A stretch of DNA of 60,785 nucleotides from a virus (lineage: Duplodnaviria > Caudoviricetes), in the IMG/VR virus record IMGVR_UViG_3300046725_000023, positions 1 through 60,785 of that record; one strand, 5' to 3'. The position numbers were made by a program, and so were the translations under genes. Below are positions 19,178 through 28,537 of the stretch, one piece after another. The notes under the pieces are model-generated. The model was not told where the DNA came from, searched no databases, and saw only the letters and a program-made list of their open reading frames with translations. The stretch's first letter is position 1; every line of letters starts with the position of its first letter.

Positions 19178-19709
19178 GCCGTGGTCCAGCCATCGCCTCG
19201 AACTCGCTGATCACCTTCTCGCGCTGGCGCGGTGAGGGCTTCTTCCCCTTGGTCGTCAGCGACTCGTTGCGGAGCACGGCCTCGAACTTGCGGCGGCCGT
19301 CCTCATCCATCCCCCTGAGCAGCACGAGGTGGATCGCGTCCAGGGCGGCGGCGAGCGGCATCACGTCCCACCGGAACCCCCGTAGCGCCAGCTCACCACC
19401 CACGGCGGCCCAGCTCATCCCGGCCACCACGGCGGTCACGTACGCGACGTGGAACGAGCGGCCCGCCACCTCCTCGATGGCCTCGATCAAGGTGTCGCCG
19501 ACCTCGGCGCTGGTGATCTCGCCGCCTAGGAGGCGTTCGTCCAGGTCGTCAGAACTTGACCCGATCATGTCAAGAATGCGGCCCAGGTCGTCCTCGGCCA
19601 GCACCGGCCACCAGTCGGCGGCCGGGAGGGCCGGGACGTCGTACATCCGGCCGCCCAGCTCGATCTCGATGGACCAGCAGCGCATGGACGCGAGCGGGTC
19701 CACGTCCAC
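19023..19709 (-). CDS. Tail assembly chaperone-like protein (second part)
   Basis: Position before tape measure; IELGGRMYDVP...GELALRGFRWDVMPLAAALD. Confidence 0.55.
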   Translation of the reverse strand: MDVDPLASMRCWSIEIELGGRMYDVPALPAADWWPVLAEDDLGRILDMIGSSSDDLDERLLGGEITSAEVGDTLIEAIEEVAGRSFHVAYVTAVVAGMSWAAVGGELALRGFRWDVMPLAAALDAIHLVLLRGMDEDGRRKFEAVLRNESLTTKGKKPSPRQREKVISEFEAMAGPRPTAGVRASAEPSGSEPPRTQRPLRRPRPPGRSRVPTRPREQPAGSDPPATS

Positions 19710-19711
19710 GG

Positions 19712-20107
19712 CTACGCCTGGGGGTTGTCGCGGATCGGGCGCGGCCGGACTACGGCGGCGCCGCCCTCGAACAGCGGCGGGTCCACGACCTCCTGGGGAC
19801 GCGGCACAGACCCGGCGCGGCCGGTGCTGGTCTTGATCCCGGCGCGCACGGCGGAGTCCTTGGCCTGGATCAGCAGGTTCAGCGAGGTGGTCAGTTCGGG
19901 GGAGTCGGACACCTCGGTCACGATGTCAGCGGCGGCCAGGTAGAACGGCGCCGAGTAGCGCTGGAGCTGTGCGGGGAGGTGAGAGTACGTGAGCCACTGC
20001 ATGGCGTCCTGGACGCCGGGGTGCCGGTTCTGGGTCAACAGCGCGGCGTGCTCGCGAGTGCCCAGGATCGTGCTCGGGTCCTGCTCGCGGCCCATTGACT
20101 GCATCAT
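19712..20107 (-). CDS. Helical-hairpin hypothetical protein (possible Acb2/Tad1-like fold)
   Basis: GGAGGAG RBS; YSHLPAQLQRYSAPF...SPELTTSLNLLIQAKDSAVRA. Confidence 0.6.
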   Translation of the reverse strand: MMQSMGREQDPSTILGTREHAALLTQNRHPGVQDAMQWLTYSHLPAQLQRYSAPFYLAAADIVTEVSDSPELTTSLNLLIQAKDSAVRAGIKTSTGRAGSVPRPQEVVDPPLFEGGAAVVRPRPIRDNPQA

Positions 20108-20253
20108 CGCTTTCTCCTCCTGACTCGAACCAGCGGGATGTCCGCCAGCGACAGTTCCGGGCGGGCCTCCTGGCGGCGGCGGCGCGCCTCCTCGATCCCC
20201 AGCTCCCGATGCTCGGCCTGGCGGCGCTGGGTCCGCCTGCCCCGGGACTTCAC
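20104..20253 (-). CDS. Small Arg-rich hypothetical protein
   Basis: Overlapping start/stop with both neighbours. Confidence 0.35.
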   Translation of the reverse strand: MKSRGRRTQRRQAEHRELGIEEARRRRQEARPELSLADIPLVRVRRRKR

Positions 20254-20666
20254 GCGCTCGGAGCCTTGCGGCGGGCCTTCTTGGCGGGCTTGACCGCGCG
20301 TCGGGTCTCGCGGTTGCCCTCGTTCTCGGCCGCGTCCGCGAACGCCTCGACAACCAGCGTGATCATCGGCGTGAGCTGCTGAAACGTGAGCGTGCCGTCC
20401 AGGAACTGATCGTCCAGCCAGGTCACATCGGCCTTGTTCACCAGCACCGAATCGATGATCCGGCGCAACCGCTCCAGGGCGGTCATCACGGAGTCGGCGG
20501 TCCAGTCGCCATCCACCACGGTCTGGAGCTGGGTCAGAGTGCGCTTCCACACGAGGAGCTGTTCCGGGCGCGGCATCCGCACCCACATGTTGCGTCCACG
20601 GAAGTCGATCTCCTGCTCGGGGACGATCTCCAGCGGCGCGGCCTGCTCGGCCGGGGCGTCAGTCAT
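20250..20666 (-). CDS. Tail assembly chaperone
   Basis: Position in tail module, size, ENEGNRETRRA ending; TATGGT-7nt-ATG. Confidence 0.65.
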   Translation of the reverse strand: MTDAPAEQAAPLEIVPEQEIDFRGRNMWVRMPRPEQLLVWKRTLTQLQTVVDGDWTADSVMTALERLRRIIDSVLVNKADVTWLDDQFLDGTLTFQQLTPMITLVVEAFADAAENEGNRETRRAVKPAKKARRKAPSA

Positions 20667-20698
20667 GGGTGCCACCATACTCCAGGGTTAGGGGGCAC

Positions 20699-21118
20699 TC
20701 AGCCGATGGTGACCGCGAATCCCTCGGCCGCCGCGACCTCGCGGAACGCGGTCGCCAGGAACGGGCGTCCGGCACGGGCGGGCTGGTGGACCTCGCGGGC
20801 GTAGACCACCTGGCCGTTGATCATGAACCGGAGCCGCCCGCCGGGCCGGGTCGGCCGGATGGTCAGCGCCCGGCGGCCCTCGTGCACGGCCGCCGCGTAC
20901 TCGGCCCCGTAGACCACGCCACCGATGACCAGCGCTCCCCGGTCCGAGCCCAACTCCATCCGGCCGCTGGCGCGCAGTAGGCCCTTGTCCACGGGGACCA
21001 GCACCTGGCTACGCGTGAAGGTCCGGCGCACCACGCGGTTGACCTTCTTACGGGCCAGGTCCATCCCCTCGCCCTGGAGCGCGGGGCGGTTGATCCGGAG
21101 CCGGTGCGCGACCATCAT
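20699..21118 (-). CDS. HK97 gp10-like neck/tail completion protein
   Basis: VPVDKGLLRAS...EYAAAVHEG...HQP...RPFL. Confidence 0.8.
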   Translation of the reverse strand: MMVAHRLRINRPALQGEGMDLARKKVNRVVRRTFTRSQVLVPVDKGLLRASGRMELGSDRGALVIGGVVYGAEYAAAVHEGRRALTIRPTRPGGRLRFMINGQVVYAREVHQPARAGRPFLATAFREVAAAEGFAVTIG

Positions 21119-21218
21119 CTCCCCTTGTGATCTAGGTAATGACGCCTGTAAAGTCCGAAGTGGAAACAGCGGAGGCCCCGGGCGCACCCAAGCTCCCCGG
21201 GGCTTCCTGCTGTCAGGA

Positions 21219-21761
21219 TCAGGCAACGCCTGTCTGGCCGCAATCGCATGTCGGGCCGGTCACCGTGATGGGCAGGATGCCGCCCACGCATCCGCCCTGG
21301 ACCTCCAGCGGCTGCCACTCCCCGGCCAGCACCCGCGTGGACCGGCCCGCCTTGGCATCGATGAAACAGCAGATCGCCCGGCGCATGGCCGCCGCGTCGT
21401 CCATCACAGCCTGGGTTACCGCCTGCCAGTCGGCCGCCGTGGGGATGTTGTCCTCGTCGCCCACGGGCGCGCACCGGACGGCGCCCAGTTCCAGCGTGAT
21501 AGCCCAGGCCCGTTGCCCGCCCTTGATCGGCTCCGTGTCCCGGATCGGGAACGGGCCGGAGCTGGGATAGAACCCGGCCGGGCGCACCCAGGCGAGCCCC
21601 TCGCAACACTCGTCCTCGGTGGTGCTGAGCAGGTGCGCGACGACGTTGCCCGCCCTCATCTGGACGTACTTGGGCGGATGCTCGACCTTGGCGACCTCGA
21701 CCGCATAGCAGTCCAGCAACTCCTCGGCGAGCGGCATCACCAGCGGGTCGGCAACGGCCAT
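21219..21761 (-). CDS. Tail terminator-like protein
   Basis: ECCEGLAWVR...ELGAVRCAP...QGGCVGG; synteny. Confidence 0.65.
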   Translation of the reverse strand: MAVADPLVMPLAEELLDCYAVEVAKVEHPPKYVQMRAGNVVAHLLSTTEDECCEGLAWVRPAGFYPSSGPFPIRDTEPIKGGQRAWAITLELGAVRCAPVGDEDNIPTAADWQAVTQAVMDDAAAMRRAICCFIDAKAGRSTRVLAGEWQPLEVQGGCVGGILPITVTGPTCDCGQTGVA

Positions 21762-22573
21762 CAGCTACCAGCCCCGATCACGGTCATCCGGTCGCACGAT
21801 TCGGGGAGGTCGGGCGAGAGCAGCAACGGCGGGCTCTTGCGCTTGCTCGGGTTGAGCACGGCCACCAGGTCGTCCACCTCGCGGATGCCGGTCTTGCCGT
21901 CCTCCCCGCTGGCGGGCTCCAGCTCGACCTCGACGCCCTGGCGGGACAGCCGGGTCATCTTGCTCGGGAGCTTGCACGGCCCGCCGGTCAGGCCCTTGGC
22001 GTACTCGCACGCGAGCATCGCCGCCGCGTCCAGCAGCGCGGCCGGGGGAGCGACGCCCAGGCCGTAGGTGACCTCGAACGCGCCGGGCTCGCCGGGCTCG
22101 GCCGTGTAGTTCTGGCACGCGGGCCAGCACAGGCCATCGATGCGGACCAGCAGGTACACGCCTCCGGTGATGTCCACCCGGTAGCTGCTCGGGGGGACCA
22201 CCTCGGCGCCCACCAGCACCTCATCGACGTACGCGACCGGACCGCGTAGCACGACCGCGCACGCCTGGTTACCGCAGCACGCCGTGGCGCACCCGGCGTT
22301 GAACCACTGGCCGGAGAACAGGAACGGGCCGCCGGGCACGCCGAGCCCGTCACCCGAGCGGACCTCGAACGTCTGGTATGCCAGCTCGGCGCCCCGGCCC
22401 TGGCTCGGCCGGACCGAGACCGGACAGACACCGTACCGGCGGCCGGTGGCGCCCCAGAGGTACGTGGAGGCGAACCGGATGGCCGCGTCCTGGACCTCGG
22501 GCGTGTAGTCGTTCCAGGGCGAGCACAGGCCCAGCGCTACCGGGTCCACGTCCCAATTGCATGGTGCGGCCAT
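21761..22573 (-). CDS. Head-to-tail adaptor
   Basis: LWGATGRRYG...CKLPSKMTRLSRQGV...TGIREVD. Confidence 0.75.
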   Translation of the reverse strand: MAAPCNWDVDPVALGLCSPWNDYTPEVQDAAIRFASTYLWGATGRRYGVCPVSVRPSQGRGAELAYQTFEVRSGDGLGVPGGPFLFSGQWFNAGCATACCGNQACAVVLRGPVAYVDEVLVGAEVVPPSSYRVDITGGVYLLVRIDGLCWPACQNYTAEPGEPGAFEVTYGLGVAPPAALLDAAAMLACEYAKGLTGGPCKLPSKMTRLSRQGVEVELEPASGEDGKTGIREVDDLVAVLNPSKRKSPPLLLSPDLPESCDRMTVIGAGS

Positions 22574-22613
22574 CCGGGCCTCCTCGTTCGTCTAGGGCCA
22601 GCGTACGGGACAC

Positions 22614-22650
22614 AACAGGCCCGCCGGTGAACATCCCCGGCGGGCCTGTT
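22614..22650 (-). terminator. Hairpin terminator after major tail gene
   Basis: AACAGGCCCGCCGG...CCGGCGGGCCTGTT, abutting palindromic site 22650-22665. Confidence 0.7.
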
Positions 22651-22662
22651 GACGGTGCATTG

Positions 22663-23355
22663 TCAGGAGCTGAGCGACTGGCAACCACACGACGCCACCG
22701 GCGGCGCAAGCTGGGTCCAGATCGGGAGGTGGTGCGTGTCGGTCGGGATCGCCGTGAACAACGGCGACGGGGCCGTGGTGAGGTCGCGAACGACGTCGTA
22801 CGGTCCCACTCCCCACGGCGTGCCCTTGCGGGTACGGCCGACCACCGTGAAGGTGATCAGATCGTTGGTGATCGTGATGTCCTCGGACAGCGCGCCCTCG
22901 ACCACCCAGGGCAGGAGGTTGTACCCGAAGAACGGGTACACGTCACCGGGGAGGCACTCCTCCTCGGCGTTGCCCATCCACGCCTCCAGAGCGAAGTTCG
23001 CCGTGGCGAAGTTCGTCTCCGTGACGGGGAACCCGATCACGTTGCCCTGGTCGTCCTCGTACGCGTCCAGGCCCGTGATGATGGTGAACAGCTCCGGGTC
23101 CACCTCCTGGAACTGCATCGAGACGTCGTACCAGTTCAGGCTCGGCGCGCTGCGCTGGTTGACGATCGCGCGGCCCTTGGCGTTGCGCTGGAGGAACCGC
23201 TCGCCCTCCTCGGCGTTCGGCGTGAGCACGACCTGGACGTATCCGTCCGAGACCGCGTACGCGCAGTCCCCGTACTCCGGGTTACCGCACTCGTCCAGGC
23301 GAGTGACACGGATGGTCTCCCCCTGGAGGGGCTTGGCACAGAGCAGATTGGTCAT
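22663..23355 (-). CDS. Major tail tube protein
   Basis: IRVTRLDECG...NFALEAW...YNLLPW...TPWGVGPYDV. Confidence 0.75.
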   Translation of the reverse strand: MTNLLCAKPLQGETIRVTRLDECGNPEYGDCAYAVSDGYVQVVLTPNAEEGERFLQRNAKGRAIVNQRSAPSLNWYDVSMQFQEVDPELFTIITGLDAYEDDQGNVIGFPVTETNFATANFALEAWMGNAEEECLPGDVYPFFGYNLLPWVVEGALSEDITITNDLITFTVVGRTRKGTPWGVGPYDVVRDLTTAPSPLFTAIPTDTHHLPIWTQLAPPVASCGCQSLSS

Positions 23356-24164
23356 CAGGACACCTCCAGCGGGTTGAACTCCGCCTCACCGGCGAAGCAC
23401 TCGAAAGCGACCGAGTAGGCGCGCTCGGCTACCAGCACGACCTCGTTCGTCTCACGATCGAACGAGTTGTAGACCTGGATCTCCGGAGCGCGCCACACGG
23501 CGGTCTGCCCGGTCACGAAGACCGAGCCCGCCGGGTAGGCGCCGAATGCCCAGACCGAGCCCATCGGCGTGACCTTGCGGTTGCCGTCGGGCAGGATCAG
23601 CCCGGCCTCCGCCGCGAACGCCGCGACCTCGACCGGTGCGTGGATGTACGCCGTGCCGCCGTAGCCCTGGACCGTGTAGGCGTACCGCTCCAGTGCGCCG
23701 AGCACGTCCGTGATCAGCGACGGGTCCTGCTCGCCGACTACGGGCTCCGCCTCACCGGACAGCGAGAGGATGCCCAGCGAGTTGCCCTCCAGGTCCAGCC
23801 CGGAGTAGAACGCGCGCTCCACGGCCGCCTGCTCGGCCATCTCCAGGCGACGCCGGACCTTGGCCTGGTACTCGGCGGTCGTGTAGCCCACGGCGCCACA
23901 GAGCAGCGTGGAGAGCGCGACGAACACGCCGGTCTCCACCTCGGCGTTGTCGCCGTCCAGGGGCTTTTCCGGCGCGGCCACCTCCCCGCCGTAGCACGTC
24001 ACGCCGTAGGCGTATGCCGTGCCGCAGGAGTTCGGGACGAACCGAACGCCACCACCTTCCCCATGATTGGGGAGGTCGATGGGTCCGCTGGCCGCGTCGA
24101 ACAGGCCGTACCGACGGCGGAGCGGTTCAGGCGCCGGGACTACCGGAGCCGGGATGATTGCCAC
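23355..24164 (-). CDS. Capsid-associated structural protein
   Basis: Directly after MCP; RYGLFDAA...NEVVLVAERAY. Confidence 0.6.
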   Translation of the reverse strand: MAIIPAPVVPAPEPLRRRYGLFDAASGPIDLPNHGEGGGVRFVPNSCGTAYAYGVTCYGGEVAAPEKPLDGDNAEVETGVFVALSTLLCGAVGYTTAEYQAKVRRRLEMAEQAAVERAFYSGLDLEGNSLGILSLSGEAEPVVGEQDPSLITDVLGALERYAYTVQGYGGTAYIHAPVEVAAFAAEAGLILPDGNRKVTPMGSVWAFGAYPAGSVFVTGQTAVWRAPEIQVYNSFDRETNEVVLVAERAYSVAFECFAGEAEFNPLEVS

Positions 24165-24233
24165 TCGTGATCACCACCTCAGTGAGTCGAGCCGGGCGGC
24201 CGGGCCGGAGCCCGGCCGCCAGCGAGGTGATCA

Positions 24234-25961
24234 TTACGGGCAGCAGCCGACGACGCCCGAGGTGTCGATGGTCGCCGAGTAGAGCCGGGAGTCGGCGCAC
24301 ATCTGGATGACGTTGAACCCGTCCTCCGCGAACAGCGCGGTGTACTGGTTCTGGGTGAGCAGCGCGTTGTCGTAGATGGTGTCCAGGCTGACCACGTCGC
24401 GGACCGGCTTCACCCAGGTACCCGCCGGGTAGACGAGGAACTGGACGGTGGCGGGCCAGGTGGTGATCGAGGCCGATGCACCGGGGCCGCCGGAGAGGCC
24501 GCTGTACGCGTCCTGCCAGTCGTAGACGAAACGCGGGACGGCCTTGCGGGTCGTGAACGCCGCGAGGATCTCGGCGTCCGAGACGTTGATCGCCGCGACA
24601 CCCTGGCGGCGAGCGAGGGCGGCCCGGATGGGCGCGAGCACCCAGGCGGGGAGCACGACCTCGATCGTGGCCGAGCGGGCCATCCGGTGCCGGTACTTCA
24701 TGTCCTCGATCGCCAGCTCCACGGCCGAGAGCAGCGCGCTGGCCGCGTCGTCGCCGGACGCGTCCGCCGCGATGGTGACCGGCGCGCCGGACTGCGCGAC
24801 GATCCGCGCGATGACCGACTCGTTCACCTTGTGGGCGAGCGCGACCATGGCGCCCCGCGAGAAGCGGGACACGGCCTCCGGGTAGCCCCGGCGCTGGAGC
24901 AGCGAGCCCGTGATGCAGACGTACGCGACGTCCAGGCGGACCTCCACGAAGTCCGGGCACGGGATCTCGACACAGACCTTGTCGGTGCCGTTGATGACGT
25001 CGTACTCCGTGAGGATGACGTCACCCTCATCGCCGATCGAGTCGTAGATCGTGCTGAAGTCCGGGCCGCCGTTCTCGGGGACGAAGAAACCGCCCCGGGT
25101 CGCCTGGACCTCGGCGATGTCCAGCATGCCGTCCAGGGTCTCCAGCTCACACAGGTCGTAGATCGTCTCGGACGGCGCACACCATCCGGCGGCGGCCGTG
25201 AGCGACTTGCCCGCCTTCACCTGAAGTTCCATCGACGCGATGAGCGAACCGCCCGGGAGGCGCTTCTCGCTGGTCGCGTACTCCAGGACCGACAGGGCCG
25301 ACTTCTCGTCGCGGATCCGCAGGTTGTCCGGGAACTCGCGGACGAACTGGACGTTGCCGTGACGCTGCATGGTCCGGCCGCCCACGGCGGTCCGGTTGCG
25401 GCCACGCACCCGCTGGACCATGTCGGTCAGGGCGCGCTTCGCGCCGCCGGTCGAGTAGCCGGAGAGGCGCCGCTCGATCAGTTCGCCGACAGCGGCGAAC
25501 GAGGCGAGCTGGCCGCCGGTGCCCGGCGCGTCCGCGCTGGCGACCATCGAGGCGTAGCGCTCGGGCTCGACCACCGGGGGAGTGTCCAGGGTGCTGGCGG
25601 GCGGAGCCGCCGGGGTGCCGGTGCCAGCGGTCACGCCGGGCGCCGGGTCGGTGCCGGGAGTGCCGGGCGCGGCCGGGGTCTCGACCGGCGGCACAACGGC
25701 CGGGGTCTCGACCGGCGCGGCAGGCGCGAGACCAGCGGCCAGCTCGGCGCGGGCAGCGGTCGCGGCGGCGGCCTGCTCGGTGCGCCGGGTGTCGTCGGCC
25801 GTGACGGCCGCGAACAGGTCGCGGGTGGCCAGCAGCAGCTCGGGGCTCGCGGCATCGTCGGCGGCGGTCGCGCTGGCGAACTCGCGCACCTTGGCCAGGA
25901 ACTCGGCGAACTCCGCCGCGCTGAGCGCGGTCAGATCGGCCGGGACCTCGAACGGGAACAT
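24234..25961 (-). CDS. Major capsid protein with N-terminal scaffold-like extension
   Basis: LTAAAGWCAPSETIYD, CVEIPCPDFVEVRLD, NQYTALFAEDG. Confidence 0.85.
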   Translation of the reverse strand: MFPFEVPADLTALSAAEFAEFLAKVREFASATAADDAASPELLLATRDLFAAVTADDTRRTEQAAAATAARAELAAGLAPAAPVETPAVVPPVETPAAPGTPGTDPAPGVTAGTGTPAAPPASTLDTPPVVEPERYASMVASADAPGTGGQLASFAAVGELIERRLSGYSTGGAKRALTDMVQRVRGRNRTAVGGRTMQRHGNVQFVREFPDNLRIRDEKSALSVLEYATSEKRLPGGSLIASMELQVKAGKSLTAAAGWCAPSETIYDLCELETLDGMLDIAEVQATRGGFFVPENGGPDFSTIYDSIGDEGDVILTEYDVINGTDKVCVEIPCPDFVEVRLDVAYVCITGSLLQRRGYPEAVSRFSRGAMVALAHKVNESVIARIVAQSGAPVTIAADASGDDAASALLSAVELAIEDMKYRHRMARSATIEVVLPAWVLAPIRAALARRQGVAAINVSDAEILAAFTTRKAVPRFVYDWQDAYSGLSGGPGASASITTWPATVQFLVYPAGTWVKPVRDVVSLDTIYDNALLTQNQYTALFAEDGFNVIQMCADSRLYSATIDTSGVVGCCP

Positions 25962-26088
25962 GTCGTTTCCTCACGGTCGTCGGAGTGTTACGCGACGCCC
26001 GGCCGGGTCGAATCCTGACACCGGTGTGTCAAGCGCGATCGTATCACCGGGGCGGACAACTGGCGCCGAATGTCCGTCGTCCCCGGTG

Positions 26089-26117
26089 TTGACACCTCAC
26101 AGTCAGGACTGTAACGT
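26089..26117 (+). promoter_or_regulatory. Promoter with palindromic site
   Basis: TTGACA-17bp-TAACGT. Confidence 0.8.
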
Positions 26118-26158
26118 ATCTCTTGTCAGCACGGAGCGAGCGAGAGGAACCACCAGCC

Positions 26159-26890
26159 ATGAGCACCCAGACGATCGAGCGGAACTACCGGAAGAACCCC
26201 CACAAGGCCACGTTCCTCCAGACCTTCCACTCTGGCATCTCCTCCACCGGCCGCAACTACCGCGCCGAGCTGGCCACCCAGGACGACAACGCAGCCGAGT
26301 ACAAGCTGGCCGCCGAGGAGTCCGGCGACCTGCTGAACCTGGTCGAGGAGCGCGACACGGTGGACTACCGGTCCCCCGCCCAGGCGGCCCTGATGACCAA
26401 GCTGCTCGCGGACATCGAGGCCCTGGACGCGGCGACCGGCGCGGCGGCCCGCAAGTGGACCAACGACGCCACGGCCGCCGGTCACTGGACCGCCGGTCGC
26501 AACGGCAACGCCAGCGCCTGGATCACCCGGATGATCGAGAAGGTCCGCGAGATGCGCGCGGCGGCCCCGGTCGCCGCTCCCCCCGCCCCGGCGGTCGAGG
26601 TGGCGGACGGCCGCTACGCGGTCGAGCACGAGGGCACCCTGAAGTTCTACCGGGTCAAGAACGGCCACCGCGCCGGGTTCGTGTTCCTGGACGTCCAGGC
26701 GAGCGATGACTGGTACGGCATCCGGAACCTGACCAGCATCCGCGAGATCCTGGCCCTGATCGCCATCGACCCGAACGCGGCTCAGGTCCGCTACGGCCAG
26801 AAGATCGGCCGTTGCTACCGCTGCAACCGCACGCTCACGGATCAGGTCAGCCGCGACCTGGGAATCGGGCCGGACTGCCGCACCAAGTAA
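26159..26890 (+). CDS. DUF6011-like zinc-finger protein
   Basis: RCYRCNRTLTDQVSRDLGIGPDC; GAGAGGA RBS. Confidence 0.75.
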   Translation: MSTQTIERNYRKNPHKATFLQTFHSGISSTGRNYRAELATQDDNAAEYKLAAEESGDLLNLVEERDTVDYRSPAQAALMTKLLADIEALDAATGAAARKWTNDATAAGHWTAGRNGNASAWITRMIEKVREMRAAAPVAAPPAPAVEVADGRYAVEHEGTLKFYRVKNGHRAGFVFLDVQASDDWYGIRNLTSIREILALIAIDPNAAQVRYGQKIGRCYRCNRTLTDQVSRDLGIGPDCRTK

Positions 26891-26949
26891 GAAACACCAG
26901 GTGGGGGACCTCCCGAGGAGGTCCCCCCAGACCCGTTAGGGGAGCAACA

Positions 26950-27231
26950 ATGGAAGTAATCAAGATCCGCCCGGCCCGCGTCAGCGCGGCGCTGGTCGCC
27001 ATCGGGGACATGCTGGTCGCCTCCCCGGTCGGTGCCGACGGACCGCGAGAGTCGCAATGGATCGGCGCCGTGACCGAGCACGTGATCGTGGAGGAGGTCA
27101 ACGGCGAGCCCGTCACGGCGGCTGAGTGGCGTCAATGGCGCATCGCCCGGCCGGACGGGCTCAGCGTGGAGAGCGCGCCGATCCCGGCGGACGGATGGGT
27201 CTGGGTGCACCTGCCCATGATCGAGTCGTGA
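26950..27231 (+). CDS. Hypothetical protein
   Basis: GGGGAG RBS, ATG 26950. Confidence 0.6.
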   Translation: MEVIKIRPARVSAALVAIGDMLVASPVGADGPRESQWIGAVTEHVIVEEVNGEPVTAAEWRQWRIARPDGLSVESAPIPADGWVWVHLPMIES

Positions 27232-27608
27232 CCGCGCTGGCGGTCCAGGTCGGCTCGACCATCACGAACGGGTCGAGCGCCATGCGCGTGACCGAGCGCG
27301 TGGAGCGCGAGGCCCGCTGGGGCACGGCGGGCTGGCGCGGCCTGAACATCGGCCTGGAGCGGTTCGGGGGGAACACCGGCACGACCGGGTTCGTCCCGGA
27401 CCACCTGCTCACCGGCTGGTATCACGTGCCGTTCGAGTGGCGGCCGTGCATCGGGGGAGGGGTCGAGGAGCGCTACGTGTGGAGCGCGAACTGGACGCAC
27501 CTCCAGCGCGAGGTCCGCCGGATCGAGACCGGCGTGACCACGGCGGGCGTGTGCCAGGTGGACAACGCGACCGGATGGTGCGCGACGCACGAGGAGGTGG
27601 AGGCGTGA
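27228..27608 (+). CDS. Hypothetical protein
   Basis: GTGA coupling. Confidence 0.55.
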   Translation: MTALAVQVGSTITNGSSAMRVTERVEREARWGTAGWRGLNIGLERFGGNTGTTGFVPDHLLTGWYHVPFEWRPCIGGGVEERYVWSANWTHLQREVRRIETGVTTAGVCQVDNATGWCATHEEVEA

Positions 27609-27889
27609 AGCACCTGGTGGGCCGGGGCTACGCGCTGACCGCGTGCGGGCTGACCTCGATCCTCCCCGGGGAGCTGACCGCCCGGCTGGAGAGCGTGACG
27701 CACGACGGGTGCCGCTCGGCGATCATCAATCGCGGGCAGTGCCCGGAGTGCGGCGAGCGGGGGCTGTCCTGGAACTACGCGGAGGCCGGGTTCTACCTCA
27801 CGTGCGATGCGTGCCTGGAGACCTTGCTGAACCACGTCCAGCCCGCCGTGGTGGCCGCCGCGCTGACCAAGGACGGGTGGCGGCCGTGA
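27605..27889 (+). CDS. Cys-rich zinc-ribbon hypothetical protein
   Basis: GGAGG RBS, CPEC...CDAC. Confidence 0.55.
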   Translation: MKHLVGRGYALTACGLTSILPGELTARLESVTHDGCRSAIINRGQCPECGERGLSWNYAEAGFYLTCDACLETLLNHVQPAVVAAALTKDGWRP

Positions 27890-28029
27890 GGCGCTGGTGG
27901 GCCGTCCTGGCGGTCGCGCTGGCCCTCGCGGGCGTGCTCGCGTGCGGGGGCCAGCGCCAGCAGCCGGGCGAGACCCGGTGCGTGGACGATCGCGGCCGGG
28001 CCACGCCGTGCCCGGACCGGTGGCGATGA
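27886..28029 (+). CDS. Small lipoprotein
   Basis: RRWWAVLAVALALAGVLA-C lipobox. Confidence 0.55.
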   Translation: MRRWWAVLAVALALAGVLACGGQRQQPGETRCVDDRGRATPCPDRWR

Positions 28030-28033
28030 GGAC

Positions 28034-28062
28034 TTGACACTTCACAGTCATGGCGGTAATGT
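28034..28062 (+). promoter_or_regulatory. Promoter with palindromic site
   Basis: TTGACA-17bp-TAATGT. Confidence 0.8.
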
Positions 28063-28102
28063 TCTCTTCAGTTGATAACTCCACAGAGGGGAACCACCAG
28101 CC

Positions 28103-28483
28103 ATGAACTTCACTCCGTACACCGCGATCGAGATCAGCACCGGTCGCCGGGTCCAGGTCGTCGGCAAGAACTACACCGGCGAGACCCTGGTGATCGGCTA
28201 CGCCGGGGAGACCGAGACGCACAACGTCCCGGCCAGCTCGATCCAGCCGAGCAAGACGGTCGAGGCCCGGGTGACGATCTCGACCAACCCGGCCACCGCG
28301 CACATCGGCCGATACTTCATCGACGTGCGGGACACGACCGGCGGCCGTAACCGCCAGCTCACCACCCGCGTGGCGGACGCGGCCGGGGTCGCGGACTTCC
28401 TGAGCGACCTCGCCGGGGTGGCCAAGACCCAGCACGTGGACCTGGTCAAGATCGATCAGACCGGCGGCGAACTGGCGCTGTGA
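28103..28483 (+). CDS. Hypothetical protein (126 aa)
   Basis: Promoter-RBS-gene-terminator cassette. Confidence 0.75.
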   Translation: MNFTPYTAIEISTGRRVQVVGKNYTGETLVIGYAGETETHNVPASSIQPSKTVEARVTISTNPATAHIGRYFIDVRDTTGGRNRQLTTRVADAAGVADFLSDLAGVAKTQHVDLVKIDQTGGELAL

Positions 28484-28487
28484 CACA

Positions 28488-28520
28488 CGAGAGGCCCGGA
28501 CCAATGGTCCGGGCCTCTCG
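28488..28520. terminator. Terminator between convergent genes
   Basis: CGAGAGGCCCGGACCA-A-TGGTCCGGGCCTCTCG. Confidence 0.75.
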
Positions 28521-28537
28521 CTGTTGACGGTGCAATG

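Noticed and set aside
20250-20300. Programmed -1 frameshift in the tail assembly chaperone
   Set aside because: No X XXY YYZ slippery heptamer seen near the 3' end
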